Below, piece by piece: positions 23,250 through 36,300 of a stretch of DNA of 44,011 nucleotides. Source of the stretch: Azolla caroliniana (lineage: Eukaryota; Plantae; Polypodiophyta). The notes beneath the pieces were generated by a model. It was not told the origin of the DNA. It saw only the letters and a program-made list of their open reading frames with translations, and made no database searches. A program made the translations under genes and the position numbers. The DNA lies in NCBI GenBank assembly GCA_043228905.1, contig JBHGNT010000257.1:1-44011 (forward strand). The letters are read 5' to 3'. Position 1 is the stretch's first letter; every line of letters begins with the position of its first letter.

Positions 23250-24270
23250 CAATGGCCACATTGCCTCTTGTCGGCATAGGCCCCCTATATGCCCACTTGA
23301 TTCATTATCTCGGAACAATCCTTTCACTGACAAAACCTAGGTGTCTCCCTCAAAAGTTCCATCTTTGGCAATGAGCTCCCTTTTCTAGGTTTTAAGAGTT
23401 CAACTACCAAAATAGTAAGTTTTTTTTGTAGCATTTAACCTCATTGACACGAAAAATTATTTGTCCCTTTCCGTTTTCACCATATACCTTGCTTACAATA
23501 GATCACCTTTCCCCCTTCATCACCCCTAACGAGATTCAAACCCCTCTTGTCATCATATAACTCCTACACTCCTTGATTCTATCTCGCAATAATCCTCTCA
23601 CTCACAAAACCTAGGTATCTCCCTCAAAATTTTGCTTTTTGGCAATGAGCTCCCTTTTATAGGTTTAAGAGCCTACCTACCTACCAAAATAGTAAGTTTC
23701 TTTTTGTGGCACTTTGACATCAAGACTTTGACTAATGCAAAACATTTTTTGTCATTTTTTGTTTTCATCACATATATCAACCATATACCTTACTTACTAT
23801 AGATCATATTTCTCCTTTCATTACAGCTAACGAGATTCAAGCCCCTCTTATCGTAATAGGCCTTTTACGCACCTCTTGATTTCTTATATCTCAATAATCG
23901 TTTCACTAGCAAAACCTAGTTGTCTCTCTCAAAAGTGCCCCCTCCCTCCAACAATGACCTCTCCTTCTCCTTTTATAGGTTTTAAGAGACCATCTAACAA
24001 AACAATAAGTTTTTTTGGTAGCACTTGACATCAAGACTCGACTAACACAAAACTTTATACTTCCCTTTTCATTTCCACCACATGTCTCGATCGTACACCT
24101 TGCTTACTATCTAGATTACCTCTCTCCTTCGTCGCCCTTAACGAGATTCAAACACCTCTTGCCATAGTAGGCCTCATATGCCCCCTCTTTATTCACTATC
24201 CTACAACAATCGTTTTTACTAACGAAGCTTGAGTGTCTCTCTCAAAATGTCCTCCCCTTGGGAATGAGCT
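23250..24270. repeat. Degenerate tandem array, ~300-bp unit, ~3.5 copies
   Basis: ACGAGATTCAA recurs at ~23529, 23831 and 24141; AAAACCTAG..CTCAAAA..AATGAGCTC..TAGGTTT recurs in each unit. Confidence 0.85.
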
Positions 24271-26577
24271 TGTCCATTCAACTTCTTTGACCATAACCCT
24301 AACCTATCATAAACGGAGTTATAGACACTTTCCTCCTCTACATGCCACATCACAACAACGTAGACTAGGTTATCTTGGAAAAGCCCATCTTCAATAGGAA
24401 TATGTCCAAGTCATCACATTTTGGGAACTTTGTTGGATCTACTAAACCTATCTCCCAACTAGGAGATCAAAATTCGTCACCAAGAAGATGTCATTGTTCC
24501 TATTGGTACTCAATGGATGTTAACACAACAAATGAACATTTGGTATTATGATAGGCTAGAAGGGAGATTCAAACCATTTAGCTTGTATTCCTAGGGGCAT
24601 GCCTTCTATGCACTCCTTGGTTTATTGGACTATGCCTTTGTGGGTTCCTCAACTCTCCCTTTCATAAATTAATCTTACTGGTTGCTTAAAGCTACGTATA
24701 GAACAATTCCATCTTTTGCAAATTAAGAAAAAACACGGACAACCAAACACGATTTTGTTCCAAAATAATTTTTAAATTACCTTTTCACAACGTAATTTGG
24801 AAAACACTTTGGGATCACTATTCTAGGGAAATGCATACTACAAATTATTTAGTGTGAGATGCGGGATTGAAGCGATAGATTCAAAGTAGGGGAACCTCAT
24901 GAATTTTGCATTTCTTGGCACCAAGGATTTTAATTACACTCTCTATGTGATGATTTTGTAAACCTTAAGCCCACAAATATCACCAATGGTTACGATGAAT
25001 GCAGTTGAGGACAAGCACACTAAATCAACTGGAATTGCATATTGCAATCATTAGAACAACTTAATTACACATTGAAAAAACTTAATCAACGATTGGGATT
25101 GAATCATGCGGAGGATATGTACAATTATAACTTTGGGATTTTTGCATATAAGAAAGGTTTGTATACAAATAACATGAATCAAGTGTGAGATCTATGTATC
25201 GAAGAAAAACTCCCCACCCCCCCCCCCAATATAATATTCCCCGATATTTCCTTTATTTCTCCAAATGCCCTTACCTTTAGTTAGTGTCATTATTCACACG
25301 TACCCCCAAGGTCCACCCTCCACCCCCCAGTTGGGTCAAACCTCAAAAGAGAGGAAATGGGGATGAAACTACCATGTCATGTCTCAAACTAACACCTACA
25401 ATGGAGGAAATGGGGGATGAACTAATTGACCATTCCTTATTGACCAAACAAGCACCTGCCTAAACAAAGAAACAGACAAACAGGGGATTGACCAAGGGAA
25501 AGGGCATTTGGGGAAATAATGGAAAGCCCCCCTCCCCCCAAGGGCCCAAGGGCATGGGCCTTTTGAGAGTTTTGCCCTTTGCTGATTTGATGTTACAACT
25601 TACACCCTGAAATAATGGTACATGAATATGAGGGTGGATTCCATTGAATGGAATTTGAAGGGAAACACACCCCCCAACACACACACACACACAAAAAGAG
25701 GTCCAATGGAGACTGAGTTTGATTGGAATTTAAGATAATGGCTGATCAAAATGAGAATGTCACTGTATTTGTAACAATCAAAATGTGTATATATATGAAA
25801 TTGCATTTCATGACAGGATGAATATGAATTCCAGGATTCAGGCTTGCGACCGGATTCAAATTGAGTAAACAAAGAAAATGCAAATGGATGATCTCGAATC
25901 CCAAAGGATTGGAGTTGAGAATTGGATCGAATAGAATGAAGGGGAATTCGAGAATCATGAGATTAGAATGGAGGTCGCTGTCGATGGAATGAAAAGGAAG
26001 TAGTCTGACTGAGAGTTGTGTGGACCGTGAAAGGGCAAGACTCAGATGATGATATGGAGTGAGAAACAAACTGGCAGAAGCATGATGAAAACAGCAGCAG
26101 ACAATGGGGAGATGAAGAAGGGTAGATCCATACGATCAGAAGACCAAAGTAGAGGCTAAGGCATGGGTAAGTAGAAGCGTTGTTGGCAGTGGATGAAAAA
26201 GGTCATCATGATGAAGATCATCGCCATCGTCATCAGTGGCAATGGCGATGGCGATGGTGTCCTTGGATGTGTGGTGAGGGGGTTTGTAGTAGGTTGCTGA
26301 TGTTGCAGGGAAGCGGCCCATGAACCTTGAGAACACAACAAATCCCCTCCCAAACAACGAACTAAGCATCTCCTTCCTTCTCTGCCAAAGAAAACCAAAG
26401 GCTATATTAATCTTTTCGAATCCTTGGAACACAGAGTATGCACTCTCCACCCCTCAATCAGAGAAACAGAGCCTTTGGCAAGACAGATATATGTGTGTGT
26501 ATATGTAGTTTACTTATTTATTTATGTGTATGAAATGGGCAGCAACGCTTATTCTTCTACGTCCTTCTCTGTGTTGC

Positions 26578-26616
26578 TTCTTCTTCTTCTTCTTCTTCTT
26601 CTTCTTCTTCTTCTTC
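26578..26616. repeat. (CTT)n microsatellite
   Basis: Directly visible. Confidence 0.95.
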
Positions 26617-28324
26617 CTTGTGATCTGTTTCTGTGTTGCGTCTTCCTCCTTGTGATCTGTTTAATAAGGGAGAATGAGAGGTTGTGATTTGATGATGAGT
26701 GCAATGAAAACAGGCGGAGAGGAATCCTTTGACAAAGCAACAAAGACAGGCACAGAGAGAAAGATGAGAGACAAACAGAGAGACAGAGAGAGAGAGAATC
26801 TAAGCATATATATATATATGTATATGTATATATGATTTTCCTGCCGGATTGGTTTTTTTAACACATACAATCTATTTATTTATTTTTTCTTACGTCCACA
26901 GAATTACATAGAGGTACATATATTTTTGCTGCCAATTTCCTGCCTGTCTTTTCAACCAGTTTTCCTTGCTCCCAAAGTGAATTAGAGAGAGAAAGAGAAA
27001 AAAAAGGCATCACATGATATTGCTGACCAATTGCTTCTCTATTTATATCTGTCTCTGTGTGTGTGTGAGTGTATGTGTGCACCACGTGTATTATGCACTT
27101 TTCATATTCTCTGTTTCTTTTAACATTGAAGACATGTAAGAAGAAAACATGGATCCGTTTCCCTACACATTTCTCATTGCCGCTGACTTCAAGCCCAAAT
27201 CGGATTCAGCAATTTGCTTCTTTCTTTTCGGTTTTCTTGATCGAGCATGTAACCAAGCCAAAGCAGAAAAGAATTCTCATAACTACTCAGACCTCATTCC
27301 ACAAACATCCATGGTATTGAATGCCAAAAAAAAAAAGTCTTACCAATTTTATCTCGGATTTGTCACTTGTTGTATTACAAGTACCTTTTTATGCGCAAAA
27401 CTCCCCATAAACATACAAGGTATGTGTGTATGCCCATGTTTCCGATTCCTTCCTCAACCCTCCATTGTTCCCGATTCACCACCCCATTGTTTCCAATTCT
27501 AGTCCATAAGCTAGACCACCAACATCAAGGCAATATCACATTGTTTCCAAACCTCGCATAGCTAGTGGAAGGGTGAGGTGCATCCTGTCAGAGAGCATGG
27601 GGAGGTCGAATGACTCTGACCATGCCATTCCACTTCTTGTCTTTTCTTTTCTTAATGGATCTCTAGCAATTGTCTAGTTTCTCTTTCTCTTTTTAATATT
27701 CAACCCAGTGGGAAACACACAAAATAATCGCAATTCACTTTGCTTAACTGAAAAAGACCAGACCTCCATTTACCAGTACCCCTGTTTTTCCACCAACATC
27801 GCTGTTACCTCCAATGGACAAAATTTAATCACTTTTGACCATTTGTATGAGACTCGGAATCGTAAGGTATTTGGTCAAAACCCCAACTATAAGTTGGCTT
27901 CTTCAATCAGTCCCTCGAACAATCTCTATTCAATTGCTTACAATTTAGGGATATCTCACATCAAACTTGCATTCTTTACTTTGAATGCTTCTATGCACCT
28001 TAGTGTCTACTGGACACTTCTGTACATTTCTCGTCGTTATTTTGTGGGTTTTTACTTCACACCCAGGTTTCCCACTAGTAATATAGGTATACAAAAAAAA
28101 GTTACATCGGCGTCTTAATTACATACAAACCAGCACTTGGTATTGAAACACCATCTGTTTCTTTTTCTTTTTTGCTTGTTACCATGAGCCATGTATCACC
28201 TTTCAAAGCATCACTTAAGAGGATGTTTAAATCCGGGTACCACCTTGCCAAATCACAACTTAACATGGTTCTTGATCCATGTACCACTTTTTTATCACAA
28301 CTGAAACAGTTTGGTAAACAAAGT

Positions 28325-31282
28325 TTATGAATCATCCGAACATGTACACATCCCACCCTTAAAACGATGGGCAAAGTGACCATCACTCACAACTATCTGA
28401 CGTTGAGTTACTCTTGATATGTATTTCATAGTTGAGTGGCACTCTTGGCAAATACGAAGATTTCTTCTAATGACAAGGGGTGACCAAGGAGGAGTACTAA
28501 TTAAACCAAATGCAATGGCCAACTTCTCACTATGGTAGTAGTATGGAAGATCCTCCTCTTCCTCTTCCTCCTCTTGCACTGCAAGATTTGTTTTAGTTAC
28601 ATAACCTTCCTCTTTCATCTGCTTATATAGGTTTTCAAGCTCTATACAGATGTCGCTAAACCGCGGATGTGTGTCATCCCCTGAATGAAATTCATAGGTT
28701 TTTCCCTCGACTATAATGGAGCTACAACCTAATGGCTTCGTAAGTCCTTTCTCAAGCATCATAGCTCTTATATGCTCAGCATCCTCACATCTTCCTGCTT
28801 CAGCAAAGATATTAGATAACAAAACATAAGGGGTGGCATTCTTAGGGTCGAGTTCAAATACTTTCTCAGCGGCATACATGGCTCTCTCCAAATCTAGGTG
28901 CATTTTGCATGCCCCAAGCACCGTCATCCAAGTAGTGGCCACTGGACCCATAGGCATCTTATGGATCACATTAATCCCTTCTTCTACTTTACCAGCTCGA
29001 GTGAACAGATCCACCATGCAATTGTAATGCTCTAATGTGGGAGCAATGTCATGCTCATGGCACATCATATGGAAGCAAAGGCATCCTTCCTCTATTAATC
29101 CAGCATGGCTGCAAGCCGTTAGTACACTTAGCAACGTGACCCTATTCGGTTTCATACCTGCCCCTTGCATTCTTTGGTAAAGCTTATACGCTTTCTTGCC
29201 CATTCCATACTGGGAATAGCTAGAAATCATGGTTGTCCACGTGATCACATTCTTTTGAGGCATCCGATCAAAGACCCTGTGTGCATCCTCCAGACACCCA
29301 CATTTTCCATATAAGCTCGTGATGGCATTGCCCACTTCTAGATCTACTTCTACGATGTCAGTTTCAACAATGTGAGCATGAACTGCGTGCCCTTCTATTA
29401 ATGCTGCCTGATTACCAAATGCATCAAGGATGCTGATAAAAGTGATGTTGTTGGGATAAACCCCCTCATCTTGCATCTGAAAGAAAAGCTGAAGAGCCAC
29501 GTCTTGATAGCCTTCCTGGGCATAGGCTGAACTCATTGCTGTCCAGGACACCACATCTCGCCTATGCATTCCATCAAAGATTTTTCTTGCCGTCATCAAG
29601 CTATGGCACTTGCTATACATGTTCATTAGAGCATTGCCAACCACAAGATCGGATTCGGCTCGTCCATCATGGATATGAGTGTGTATTACTTTTCCCTCAG
29701 CTAGTGCTGATTGGCTCGCACAAGCATCAAGAAGGCTCACATATGTAACTTTATTGGGCAAAACCCCTTCAATTTGCATCTGATCGAACAATTGTATAGC
29801 CTCTGATCCATATCCATGCTGAGTGTACGCAGCTGCCAAAGAGCTCCACGATATCACATCCCGTTTCTCCATCGTATCGAACATTTTACGGGCATGCTCA
29901 ACTCGACCGCACTTCCCATACATATTCAGAATAGCATTATTTTCGGCCACTTCTCCTTCAAATCCACAACCCATAATGCGAGCATGAACTCGTTTACCTT
30001 CGTTGATCATAACTTCACTAGCACATGCATCAATGGTGCTTACAAGTGTAACCTTATTCGGCACCACACATTCCAGTTGCATCTGTTGGAAAAGCTGAAT
30101 GGCTTGCTTACCACATTCATGGTGGGCATGGGCTGCAATGACCCCATTCCAAGAGACAACATCTCTCATGGGCGTTTCCTCAAACAATGCCAAAGCCTCA
30201 TTCAACATGCCCCCATCTCCATACATGTTAATAAGTGCATTCCAGAGGATCAAATCCCAACAAAGGCCACTATATTTTATACATGAATGCAACCTTTTCC
30301 CTTCCTTGAGACTACTTGCACACGCAGTAAAAACAGTGACACATGTCACTTTGTCGGGTACCAAGCCTCGCAGCTGCATTTGCTGGAAAAGCTGAATGAC
30401 ATCCTTTTCCCATCTGTGTGCTTCAAAGGATGCAAGGATGGCATTCCATGAGATGATGTTTGGGTCAGGCATGTAGTCGAACATGATCCACGCATTATCC
30501 ATGCTACCATGTTTTCCATACATACATACAACAGCAGTTGCTAGCACCACATCGGACGCAAACCCACTCACCATGACACGAACATGCATCCTTTTGCATT
30601 CTACTAAGCTAGCATAATCTGCATATACATCGAGCACGTTTACAAAGCTTACCTTATCAGGGAACACATCCTCTAGTAACATCTGATAGAAGAACTGAAG
30701 AGCCCCAATGCCATGTCCATGATGCGCATATGATGCAATCATGGAGTTCCACGAGATAGCATTCTTTTGTGGCATTCTGCCAAACACTAAGTACGCATTA
30801 CCGATGCTTCCACATTTGTCATACATGCTAACAAGGGCATTACCAAGTGTGATATCACATGGGCTGGTTTCAATACAAGAATGGACAAGTTTACCTCCAA
30901 TTATGTTTCCCATGTTTGCACAAGCAGAGACAATGGTGATGAGGGTGACCCTATTTGGAGTAATCCCAGATGATAGCATTCTTTTGAAGAGAAACAGAAC
31001 TTGCTCGTAATATCCATGGTCAGCATATGCTCCCATCAATATAGTCCAAGAAAAGACATTGTGGTCTTCCATAGCTTGGAAAGTTGCACATGCATCATCA
31101 AGTGCATCACATTTGCTATACATTTGTATAAGAAGGTTCTGTACAAGAGTATGGTCTTGGGTGGGTCCACGTTGAAGGAAGCTAGAATGGGCTAGTCGTC
31201 CGTCGTAGAGCAAGTTTGAGGTGATGCAATGCTTTATGAGAAGAGACAGGGGAGAGAGCATTTTATTGCTCTGTCTTTCCAT
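28325..31282 (-). CDS. PLS-class pentatricopeptide repeat protein with E1-E2-DYW deaminase domain (organellar RNA editing factor), intronless, 985 aa
   Basis: About 7 PLS triplets, then LTACSHAG, HYNCMVDL, E1 (WMTVLGAC), E2 (YVLLSNI), HSEKLAIAFGL and NLRICQECH. First ATG at 31282; the ORF track starts one codon earlier at a GTG. Confidence 0.96.
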   Translation of the reverse strand: MERQSNKMLSPLSLLIKHCITSNLLYDGRLAHSSFLQRGPTQDHTLVQNLLIQMYSKCDALDDACATFQAMEDHNVFSWTILMGAYADHGYYEQVLFLFKRMLSSGITPNRVTLITIVSACANMGNIIGGKLVHSCIETSPCDITLGNALVSMYDKCGSIGNAYLVFGRMPQKNAISWNSMIASYAHHGHGIGALQFFYQMLLEDVFPDKVSFVNVLDVYADYASLVECKRMHVRVMVSGFASDVVLATAVVCMYGKHGSMDNAWIMFDYMPDPNIISWNAILASFEAHRWEKDVIQLFQQMQLRGLVPDKVTCVTVFTACASSLKEGKRLHSCIKYSGLCWDLILWNALINMYGDGGMLNEALALFEETPMRDVVSWNGVIAAHAHHECGKQAIQLFQQMQLECVVPNKVTLVSTIDACASEVMINEGKRVHARIMGCGFEGEVAENNAILNMYGKCGRVEHARKMFDTMEKRDVISWSSLAAAYTQHGYGSEAIQLFDQMQIEGVLPNKVTYVSLLDACASQSALAEGKVIHTHIHDGRAESDLVVGNALMNMYSKCHSLMTARKIFDGMHRRDVVSWTAMSSAYAQEGYQDVALQLFFQMQDEGVYPNNITFISILDAFGNQAALIEGHAVHAHIVETDIVEVDLEVGNAITSLYGKCGCLEDAHRVFDRMPQKNVITWTTMISSYSQYGMGKKAYKLYQRMQGAGMKPNRVTLLSVLTACSHAGLIEEGCLCFHMMCHEHDIAPTLEHYNCMVDLFTRAGKVEEGINVIHKMPMGPVATTWMTVLGACKMHLDLERAMYAAEKVFELDPKNATPYVLLSNIFAEAGRCEDAEHIRAMMLEKGLTKPLGCSSIIVEGKTYEFHSGDDTHPRFSDICIELENLYKQMKEEGYVTKTNLAVQEEEEEEEDLPYYYHSEKLAIAFGLISTPPWSPLVIRRNLRICQECHSTMKYISRVTQRQIVVSDGHFAHRFKGGMCTCSDDS

Positions 31283-32768
31283 CACTGTCTAAAGAATGGC
31301 CTTCTATAAAATGTCCATAGAAAGAAGAAACCATACAAAATGATCCCATAACTTGTCACTACACTACATACTCTACAAGCATCATCCACCACCAGTTTTT
31401 CTTAATTTCTTCGTGCCCCTCCAAGTGCCCCTGCCCCGGCCAGCAATTTCAGGTGCTATTTCAGAGATTATGTAGTCAGCAGTCACTTCATCCCCTTCTT
31501 CTCATTTCCATGTGCAATTCGAGCAATTCTTTTCTCTTTCTAAGCTGATCCAAGGACATAACAAAACCTTGGAACACTTGTGAAAATAGCAAAGTATTGA
31601 AACACACGTGGCAATGATGAAACATTTGGAGCATTTCGAAGCTTTTCCCAATTCATAACTAATGTCCGCATCCAATATCAATAAAGTACATTACGTAACC
31701 AACAAGTCCACATGGCACACAAGCATTTGTTGATGGAGGCGGACACTAGACATGATTGCCCTCTTACTTACCCCTAGGAATATTTCATGCTCTCACAATG
31801 CATGGTTTCCTTCTCAATTCCATGACCGTCTAAACCTATGATTTTAGACTTCATAATAGAAAGTCAAGGTTTTTGTAGTAATTTCACACAAATATTAAAT
31901 TGGGTGACTCAAACACAAGAGAGCAGCCCCTTTTTCTGTTATTGCCATGACTAGGTACAACATCATCCATTCTCCAATGAGTCTTTTTAATACTTGGATC
32001 CCATTCTTACATCAATCAATATTTTTGATTTATATAGAGCAAAGAAAGCTTGTACAAACGTCTGAAACCTCAACCCTTATTTATGACAAATTGCAATATG
32101 TCTATATTTACTGTGACCTAATAAGAAGCATGCATCTTTCAATACTTAGAGCATGTTCAATGGACATGTTGTAATGATCTACTGAATGGCATCCTGAAGA
32201 TGTTTATAAGACATTTTTTACTACCTCATACCAAATAAGACAAAGTTTATGATGTTCCACAAGGGGAATTGATGTAGTCAATGCAAAAGATAAATTAGAC
32301 TCAAAACTCTTGTGCAATGCCACAAATCTTTTTGTTCTCATACGCTTAAAAAATTTCTCATATCACAGTAGTTTTTAACACATTTTACAGTTGCAAAAAC
32401 CAATTTTCTATCCATTTAACAAAGTCAGTCACTCCTATTGACTAATATTTTCCATAAAGCTTATTAAAATGATGTGAAGTCATTAACAAGTCTCCTCAAC
32501 TGGTTCAAAGCAACAAAATGCGCCTGGTATACAAAAACAAATAGATCTGATTTACATGAAATCATGAGGCAAATTACATCATCATCATATGTAAAGGCGC
32601 ATGGGAGCTTAGAATACCCCTGCTATGGTGAAGTAAAAGAATCACAAATGGCCTTAACTAGAGATCAAAATGCTCTACAGACATGAATCATAACTGTTGA
32701 CAACCTCATATATACATTCCATGTGATTCACACTCTATCATATCTCAAATAACAATTGGGGCCCATTT

Positions 32769-33317
32769 TCAATGAAGCCGATCAAGAACATAATCCACCA
32801 TACCCTCAAGTGATGATCGCATTGTCCCTTCCGGCAAACAAACAAGGCAATCTGATGCTAACCTTCCCTTCTCCCTTGCAAGACATCGGGCACTTTCAAT
32901 ACCACCACTTTCAAACACCAATGAAATCGCTCTGTCTAAGTCTCCGGCGTTAACAAATTCGGTTTGAATTAAGTCTCGTAGACCTGGTTCTTTCTCCAAG
33001 GCATATAAGACAGGTAAGGTTAGATTACCTTTCTTGAGGTCTGTTGCAGCTGGCTTGCCTAGGTGATCAGAGGATTCTGTGAAATCCAATATATCATCCA
33101 CAATCTGAAAAGCTAAGCCTAAGTTCTTTCCATAGTCATACATTTTCTCTTTCACCTCCATGCTAACTCCACTGAATATGGCAGCACCTTTCGTGCTTGC
33201 AGCAATCAATGAGGCTGTTTTGCAGTAGCTTTTCTGGAGATAGTCTTGAATGGAGACATCACAATCATATAGACACGTAGCTTGCTTTATCTCACCACTT
33301 GCAAAGTCCTTAATAAC
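32769..33317 (-). CDS. SPS1: SPS exon 6 (second DDxxD, stop)
   Basis: [39 protein letters not shown]. Confidence 0.95.
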   Translation of the reverse strand, partial: VIKDFASGEIKQATCLYDCDVSIQDYLQKSYCKTASLIAASTKGAAIFSGVSMEVKEKMYDYGKNLGLAFQIVDDILDFTESSDHLGKPAATDLKKGNLTLPVLYALEKEPGLRDLIQTEFVNAGDLDRAISLVFESGGIESARCLAREKGRLASDCLVCLPEGTMRSSLEGMVDYVLDRLH

Positions 33318-36300
33318 CTGGATGATCCCAGCAAAAAAATCATAATGACAAAAGAAAACTTAACAATAATAATAATATAAATGGGGATATAAACAAGAAC
33401 AAACCAAACAAATAACAAAATTCCATGATCCCAGCAAAGAATCTCAATCAAATGAGAAATTATAATAATAACAATAACAAACAAACAGACAAATGCAAAA
33501 AAAGAAAGGCAAAAACAAATAAAATATGAAATGAAAAAAAACACCTTACATAGGGAAATAAACAAGAACAAACCAAACAAATAACAAAATTCCATGATCC
33601 CAGCAAAGAATATCTCAATCAAATGAGAAACTATAACAATAACAATAACAAACAGACAGACAAATGCAAAAAAAGAAAGGCAAAAACAAATGTGATATGA
33701 AATGAAAAAAAATACCTTACCTGGCTTATCAACTTGATTACTTCCAAGTCCTCTAGGTTTGCCAGAAGCCAGGATGTCTGGGCAAAGATAAAATCTCCAG
33801 CTAACACAGCGACTCTAGTTCCAAAAAGCTGGTTTACAGTGTCTCTCCCTTCAGCAGAATTTTTTAGCATCAGAAATTTAGGCTCATTCCTAAACCCTAA
33901 TCCTTTAGGTATCATTTTTACATTGTATCACATAAAATTTCATAGGCAAGCATCTGGACCCAACATCTCCTAGCCTTTTAGCATAAAACATAGTAAATTA
34001 CATCATTTTAAGCTTTATAACACCATATTCGCGAAAAAATCAAGTGCATGAACAGAGGCAGAAAACAATTGACCTATTCATCATACAGGTTTTAGAGGTG
34101 GGTATTGCGCAATGATTCATGGTGTTTCCTTCAGCGCTTCATTGAACAGAAGCTACAAGAAAATACAAACATTATCCTTCCACTTCATTGATTTGAAAAA
34201 ACATTTGAAACGATTGCACAAGCTCATGGATGGGTATATATCAAGCAACTGGATTTACCAAATGACAGGCATGGGAGCGCATTGTTTCTACAAAAAAGTT
34301 AGATATTATCCGAAAAGTAGATCAGGCATGATGGCAAAATGCACAAATGAAGTGAAACTAGACTAGATTCTGCTCGAATACACAGTTTGGAAAATCCAAA
34401 TATTAACATTGTTACTTTTGACATTTGTATGCTTATATGTAGATGTCATTTGCAAACAAAAAATAGGGTAGATTTGAGCAAAATTAAGGGTGTTCTAGTG
34501 CAACCACCTCAGTCACCCCACATACATAGGGCAGCCTATTGTAGTGAGTTCCTCTGGTGATTGAGCTGAGAAAGATTGCAACCATTGTGATGCATAGAAT
34601 TGGAAGGTGAATCAGTATATTATCTCATCTTTAAAGGATTCGTTATCCAGATAACGATTTGTGATGTAGATGTTTGAGAAGGCAGCATATTACTCTTCAC
34701 ATAATATCAGATTGCGAAGATGAAAAATGCTTTGCTGAGAAGACATTTAGGATTGAAATGCATGAAACCATATTGTAGACCCCTTGTGGTTACAAGTGTC
34801 GGCCTATCGAGATACATTCCACGATTCAAATACTCTGACTTGTCAATGATGTCCCAAAACTGGGACAAGCTATCATGCCAAGCATGGAATCTACAAAGGT
34901 ACTACAGAAAGAGAGTATTCAGCTCATTTTGGATTGTAATATTTATGTGGTTTCTGGCTACATGAAGAGAGGACTGTGAAATGTAAGAAAAACAACAGTT
35001 ACATGCAGGTGCACCTTTGGCATGAGCTTCTTTACAGTAGGATATATGTAGCCTTTTTGTTTTCACCAGGGTTTGATTAGGCCCAATCAGAATCATAGAT
35101 GATATCTCTGTCTATGATGCATTCAAGAAAGATAGCCAGGATGTGATTGTAACTTGACTGCTCATGATTCTGCTGCATGAGCATGGGAGCAGAACCAGTC
35201 AACGAAACCTGTGAGCCCATAACTATTTAAGTAAAACGGTTGTTTTCTAAGAGACTAGGAGTTTTTCACCACTTGAGACTTCAATGCAAGACTAGAATCT
35301 GGTATTACTGCTGGGAAAACCCACATGTGCTGGTAGACCCCAGTGATAAACGTAAATGGTGGTGTACTTATCCCAAAAAGAATAATGATAATGTATTAGT
35401 ACATTTTCGATCATGAATATTATCAAGTTCAAAAAAGGACATATTTCAACCATTTTGAAGTGCTTGTACGTAATGTAATGTAAAGGTAGTAACATTTTGG
35501 TTATGGGCATAACCTTACACCGATTCCATAGCTAGTTTTATTGGGTTGACAGTAGGATAAATGGAAAAATGGTATTTCGGATGTGGGACAAACCTATATG
35601 GACCTATGACACGTGGGAACATGTGGTGTTCTAGGAGCCTTAGGTATTGACCTATATAAAGAGAACTAGCTACCCCTTCAGGAAGCCATCTTGAGTTGCT
35701 GTCAAGATTCTATTGGTGAGGCTAAGCTCTCTTCTTCAGATCCATCATTCAACAACCCAAGTATAAGATAAGGTAATATTCGATGCCACCAATGATATTT
35801 TATGTTTGTCGCATGTCCTTCACTCGGGGGAGATCGGTGTGGTCAAGCACCCTTTATCCATTCTTCTCCCTAATTTCCTATTCCTTGCTCATCATTGATT
35901 CATTAGTATGATCATAATACTGTTGACACTTGGTCCTCAAATTAGTCCTAAACACTTGGATTGCGTGCACTGTTTGTCTAATCATAAAATCTAGTACTCA
36001 TTCATGATGGTATGAAAAACTTTCTAGTGGACGGACACATGTTGGAGCTCTTTCTTTTTGAAAGATAATGACTTTGCAACCCTTTTCTGCTTTCGTAGAG
36101 AAGACAAACTTGCATTGAGGATGTGACACAAATTTATCAACATCCTCTCATGAGTAATGAGGACAGACAATGTTGGAAGCTTTGGTGTGAAAACTCTTTG
36201 ACATAGACACTTTTTACTCTAGAGTTAGTTGGTTAGAGATTGTTTTCCATTTGTACAACACTAGCTATGTAACACCATAGATATCCAAGTATGTAGTAGT

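Noticed and set aside
26375-26485. miR399-like hairpin (TGCCAAAG/CTTTGGCA)
   Set aside because: Only 8-9 nt match; no extended stem or full mature sequence.
27563-27633. Possible miRNA hairpin (GTGGAA..TTCCAC, GTCAGAG..CTCTGAC)
   Set aside because: Stem is discontinuous and matches no miRNA I recognise.
33287-33622. Hydrophobic 111-aa ORF
   Set aside because: T-rich duplicated intron sequence.
35474-35928. Possible solo LTR in SPS intron 4
   Set aside because: TG..CA ends and a TATA are present, but there is no TSD or second copy.
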